From: an uncultured Christensenella sp.
GTDB taxonomy: Bacteria; Bacillota; Clostridia; Christensenellales; Borkfalkiaceae
Length of the DNA: 64,000 nt
Assembly (NCBI GenBank): GCA_910586365.1
Contig: CAJUGP010000007.1
Coordinates: 1,157-65,156, forward strand
Direction of reading: 5' to 3'
Shown here: in pieces, positions 62,501 to 64,000 of the stretch
How positions within the stretch are numbered: the stretch's first letter is position 1
Layout: every line of letters starts with the position of its first letter
Notes under the pieces: generated by a model
What the model was told of the DNA's origin: nothing
The model's database searches: none
Seen by the model: only the letters and a program-made list of their open reading frames with translations
Position numbers and translations under genes: made by a program

Positions 62501-64000
62501 CGTGATGCCGTTGCCGTTCTTCCAGCCGTTGATCGTGTTGTAAGGGTGTTCGTTCGTGATAAGGGAGTTGGTCATGCCTTCGACCATTTTGCCCTCGTTT
62601 TCCGCAGCGTAGTCTACGCCGAGCTCCTCGTTCTTCGCGTCGGAAGTCGGGAAGGTCGCTTCGCCCCACGACCACGCTCTTCTTTCAAAGTAACCGTCGC
62701 CGTTCATCACGTACTGCGCAACGCCCGTGTCTTCCACGACGATGCTGTACGCGTTCATCTTCGCCGCGTCGCCGCCGTTGTCGCCCGATTTTTCGCTGTA
62801 TCTGCCTGCAAATTCAATAAATTCGCCGTCTTTCAGATCGTTTACAACGTAATCGCCTTTGTACCAGGTCGTAGGCGCGTCTTTCTCGGCAATGGAAGCG
62901 CCGCAAAGATCGCACTTCTTATCGTTGTTCTCGTCCTTGTGTTCGCCGCCCACGTAACGCGCGCCAGCATAGAACACCACGTTGCCGCCGTCTTTGACGC
63001 CCTTGGCTACTAGCGCGCCGTCGTAGCAGTTGCCCGTGCTCTCGGAGATGATTTCGTCCTCGAACGCCGCGGCGTCGTAGGAAACGACCGTGAGCGCGCC
63101 GTTTTCGATCTTGTAATACTTGCCGCTGCTCTCGCCCACAACGTCGAAATATTTCACCGTTTCGGAAGAGATCTTGCTCAGATCGATCTCGTAGATCACG
63201 AGCGCGACGTAATCGCTGTCGAGCGCGTTATCCACCGTGCCGTCCACATACAGGTGCGGCACGACGATGCCGTCCTCGGTGAGCGCGCCGTCCGCCAACG
63301 CGAATTCGCCCGCATAGTCGATATAGCTGCCGTTGAGGTTGAGAAGCGAAATCGCTTCTTTGTTGCCCGCGTTGAAGTTGAGGGTAAGCCCTCTTACCGC
63401 AACAGCCGACGCCGTAAGATTGCCGTTTTCGCTGACGATCCGCGCGACAAGCAGCTTATCGCCGCTGACTTCGGCGTACGTTTTGCCGTCCTCGCCGAGC
63501 ACGACGCCCGCCGCCCCTTCCGCGTTCGAGAACGAACGGGTGAGTTTAACGACGTCGCGCGCCAAAATCTCGCTGCCTTCGGTGAGGTCGAGCGTATAGC
63601 CGAAGCTCGAATAATTGCCGTTCGTATTGAGCGATACCGCCTCTTTCGTAAGCGTTACCACGAGTTTGGTGAGATCCGCCCAGCCCGTGAAGGTTTTTTC
63701 GATTTCATTCGTGCCGTCGGTAACCGACTTGACCGTCAGACCGACCGCTTTTCTGCCTTTTTCCACATAAAGGCGTCCCGTTCCCGTCGGCGCCGTAACG
63801 GCGATAACGGTGTTTTTCGTCACCGTGCCCGCTTCAAACGTATAGGTGAGCACGATTTCGCCCGCGTCGTTTAAGAACAGATTATCCGATTGCACCGCCG
63901 AATCGGCTTTGACGCCCTGCACTGCGGAAAGATCGATCACGATATCCTTTTCCTGCAAGCCCGTCACGGTGTACGTTTTGCTTTCGCCGATCGCGATAAC
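59594..64000 (-). CDS. Giant multi-module protein (>1468 aa; N-terminus beyond window end) with Ig/CBM-like beta-sandwich modules and His/Cys knuckle motifs
   Basis: Track ORF 59594..63967 begins at an internal GTG. Hand translation of 63968-64000 stays open (VIAIGESKTYT), so the gene continues past the window. No enzyme motif was recognised. Cys/His motifs are listed in the findings. Confidence 0.8.
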   Translation of the reverse strand, partial: VIAIGESKTYTVTGLQEKDIVIDLSAVQGVKADSAVQSDNLFLNDAGEIVLTYTFEAGTVTKNTVIAVTAPTGTGRLYVEKGRKAVGLTVKSVTDGTNEIEKTFTGWADLTKLVVTLTKEAVSLNTNGNYSSFGYTLDLTEGSEILARDVVKLTRSFSNAEGAAGVVLGEDGKTYAEVSGDKLLVARIVSENGNLTASAVAVRGLTLNFNAGNKEAISLLNLNGSYIDYAGEFALADGALTEDGIVVPHLYVDGTVDNALDSDYVALVIYEIDLSKISSETVKYFDVVGESSGKYYKIENGALTVVSYDAAAFEDEIISESTGNCYDGALVAKGVKDGGNVVFYAGARYVGGEHKDENNDKKCDLCGASIAEKDAPTTWYKGDYVVNDLKDGEFIEFAGRYSEKSGDNGGDAAKMNAYSIVVEDTGVAQYVMNGDGYFERRAWSWGEATFPTSDAKNEELGVDYAAENEGKMVEGMTNSLITNEHPYNTINGWKNGNGITVDESNFNTLKAGGAYRYTMTYQDGVITVRFRLWEAGVNTVSGIPAYDYTYAMRLTLGSDDKIIFNGCPDVTYGKTTFNVVRGKIVPSVLSEVTADAVTDGSNTYETGELHATINGANVKVNGMATKDAAAFADYTHYVAATLKFSQPLVGTTKVALGGNENAIVKLAADKQSLGVVIPLNVDSEKVYTLTFTNLEGSTAQGAITLDLSDVAISELTAQITNNTLNLAGGSFTLTVSGGTLAGDNKIVIGDAEQAFAAIDMGTKFGNLEVTGVGSNSITFKQNALDFTKSIEAYEVRITTAAGSLLVTKTAEIACAVTGGTTLIDEDTLALADGSLLTLVFTKGVSDKEVRLNANMGGAKDALNADLLRDYDLSFTLKNGKVAFKDGANLLAKKTTAVYSSLGAVALTIDLSDLGIVKGETAEPAYAFELNLGGTVKAYSVNAAREITELTLGEEELQTIVAATCTVDGVQAKALMNGDNVVLWYGIVFVKGEHAFPAEGGLCTVCKEVTGWKKENVQVGKTDNSQAFTTVHGDNKAYNPDASQRYSVIVPGQKVVAEGKVTSITTYNYNGVAALLYEGSTFKEGDHIRIDNWVNNGPDPQTDFTLNNFRVQKTTCTLNGKTSINWETVKAIKANGNIKITWDWSDTSKILVRYDVSGIDTLGEYVQVWTFSAKEGTTLAAKYSIGILPDSGSFTGTITATASKDVVAAEDCNPVKHTHVYAPETDRCECGELNPTHTHNYIDNYCKCGALDPQHEHAFAKGICSICKMVCYHKDQTGANCALCGAELKTGLSFDNVGPGGIGWAYDVPGTLTKGKSMIIYGTHTGDVTEQWQSLIWECKEGYTGRSDAYGWSFGDAKLGNTPVITSTLIGNEGLEVANDWAIFKEIARKDNAWRLEFTWTQEGKLNVLLSYSSLAGKYAGYTYNCLYTFDISRTTQTEWTFHIGGEKVSNITITAVDLPAGDNTNPVE

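Overview
64-kb chromosomal segment of a moderately GC-rich Gram-positive organism. Bacillota/Clostridia-like is inferred from GGAGG Shine-Dalgarno sites, a T-box leader, lipobox-Cys solute-binding proteins, pdxST, queH, DUF1292 and the rpmG-secE-nusG-rplKAJL order. It is gene-dense and mostly minus-strand. (i) 1-12.6 kb: glycan locus with an edge-truncated >1486-aa lipoprotein, GH43, two ABC permeases, an SBP, an SGNH esterase and an AraC regulator. (ii) 12.9-14.1 kb: three-gene operon of unknown function with a small 4Fe-4S ferredoxin, behind a perfect consensus promoter. (iii) 14.2-25.7 kb: alpha-1,6-mannan-type locus with 2x GH76, GH125, an LGFP-like surface protein, two permeases, an SBP and a GntR/PBP regulator. 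(iv) 25.8-37 kb: mixed accessory genes, namely an AEC transporter, REC-HD-GYP plus a degenerate HPt, an LRR surface protein, an MsmK-type ATPase with a long low-complexity tail, an XRE-membrane regulator, an ABC-F gene behind an attenuator-like leader, DUF3737 and an Isf-like flavoprotein. (v) 37-50.7 kb: housekeeping genes, namely leuC-leuD-(split small ORF)-leuB, yggS, queH, pdxST, an ECF sigma plus beta-propeller membrane protein, T-box-leuA, a fur-family gene, and ruvX fused in frame to DUF1292. (vi) 50.7-59.2 kb: small genes, an AT-rich XRE islet, a cyclophilin lipoprotein, an MscS-family channel and the rpmG-secE-nusG-rplK-rplA-rplJ-rplL cluster. (vii) 59.6-64 kb: a second edge-truncated giant protein (>1468 aa) carrying arrays of His/Cys knuckle motifs. 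I recognised no rRNA, tRNA, CRISPR array, transposase/integrase or phage genes. A dispersed intergenic repeat family occurs at three loci (40.4, 47.0 and 57.9 kb), and a separate cluster of hairpin-forming elements lies at 59.2-59.5 kb. Most long plus-strand track ORFs inside minus-strand gene regions are antisense artefacts. The ORF track omits the two ORFs that run off the window edges. All family calls come from motif recognition by eye; no searches were run.
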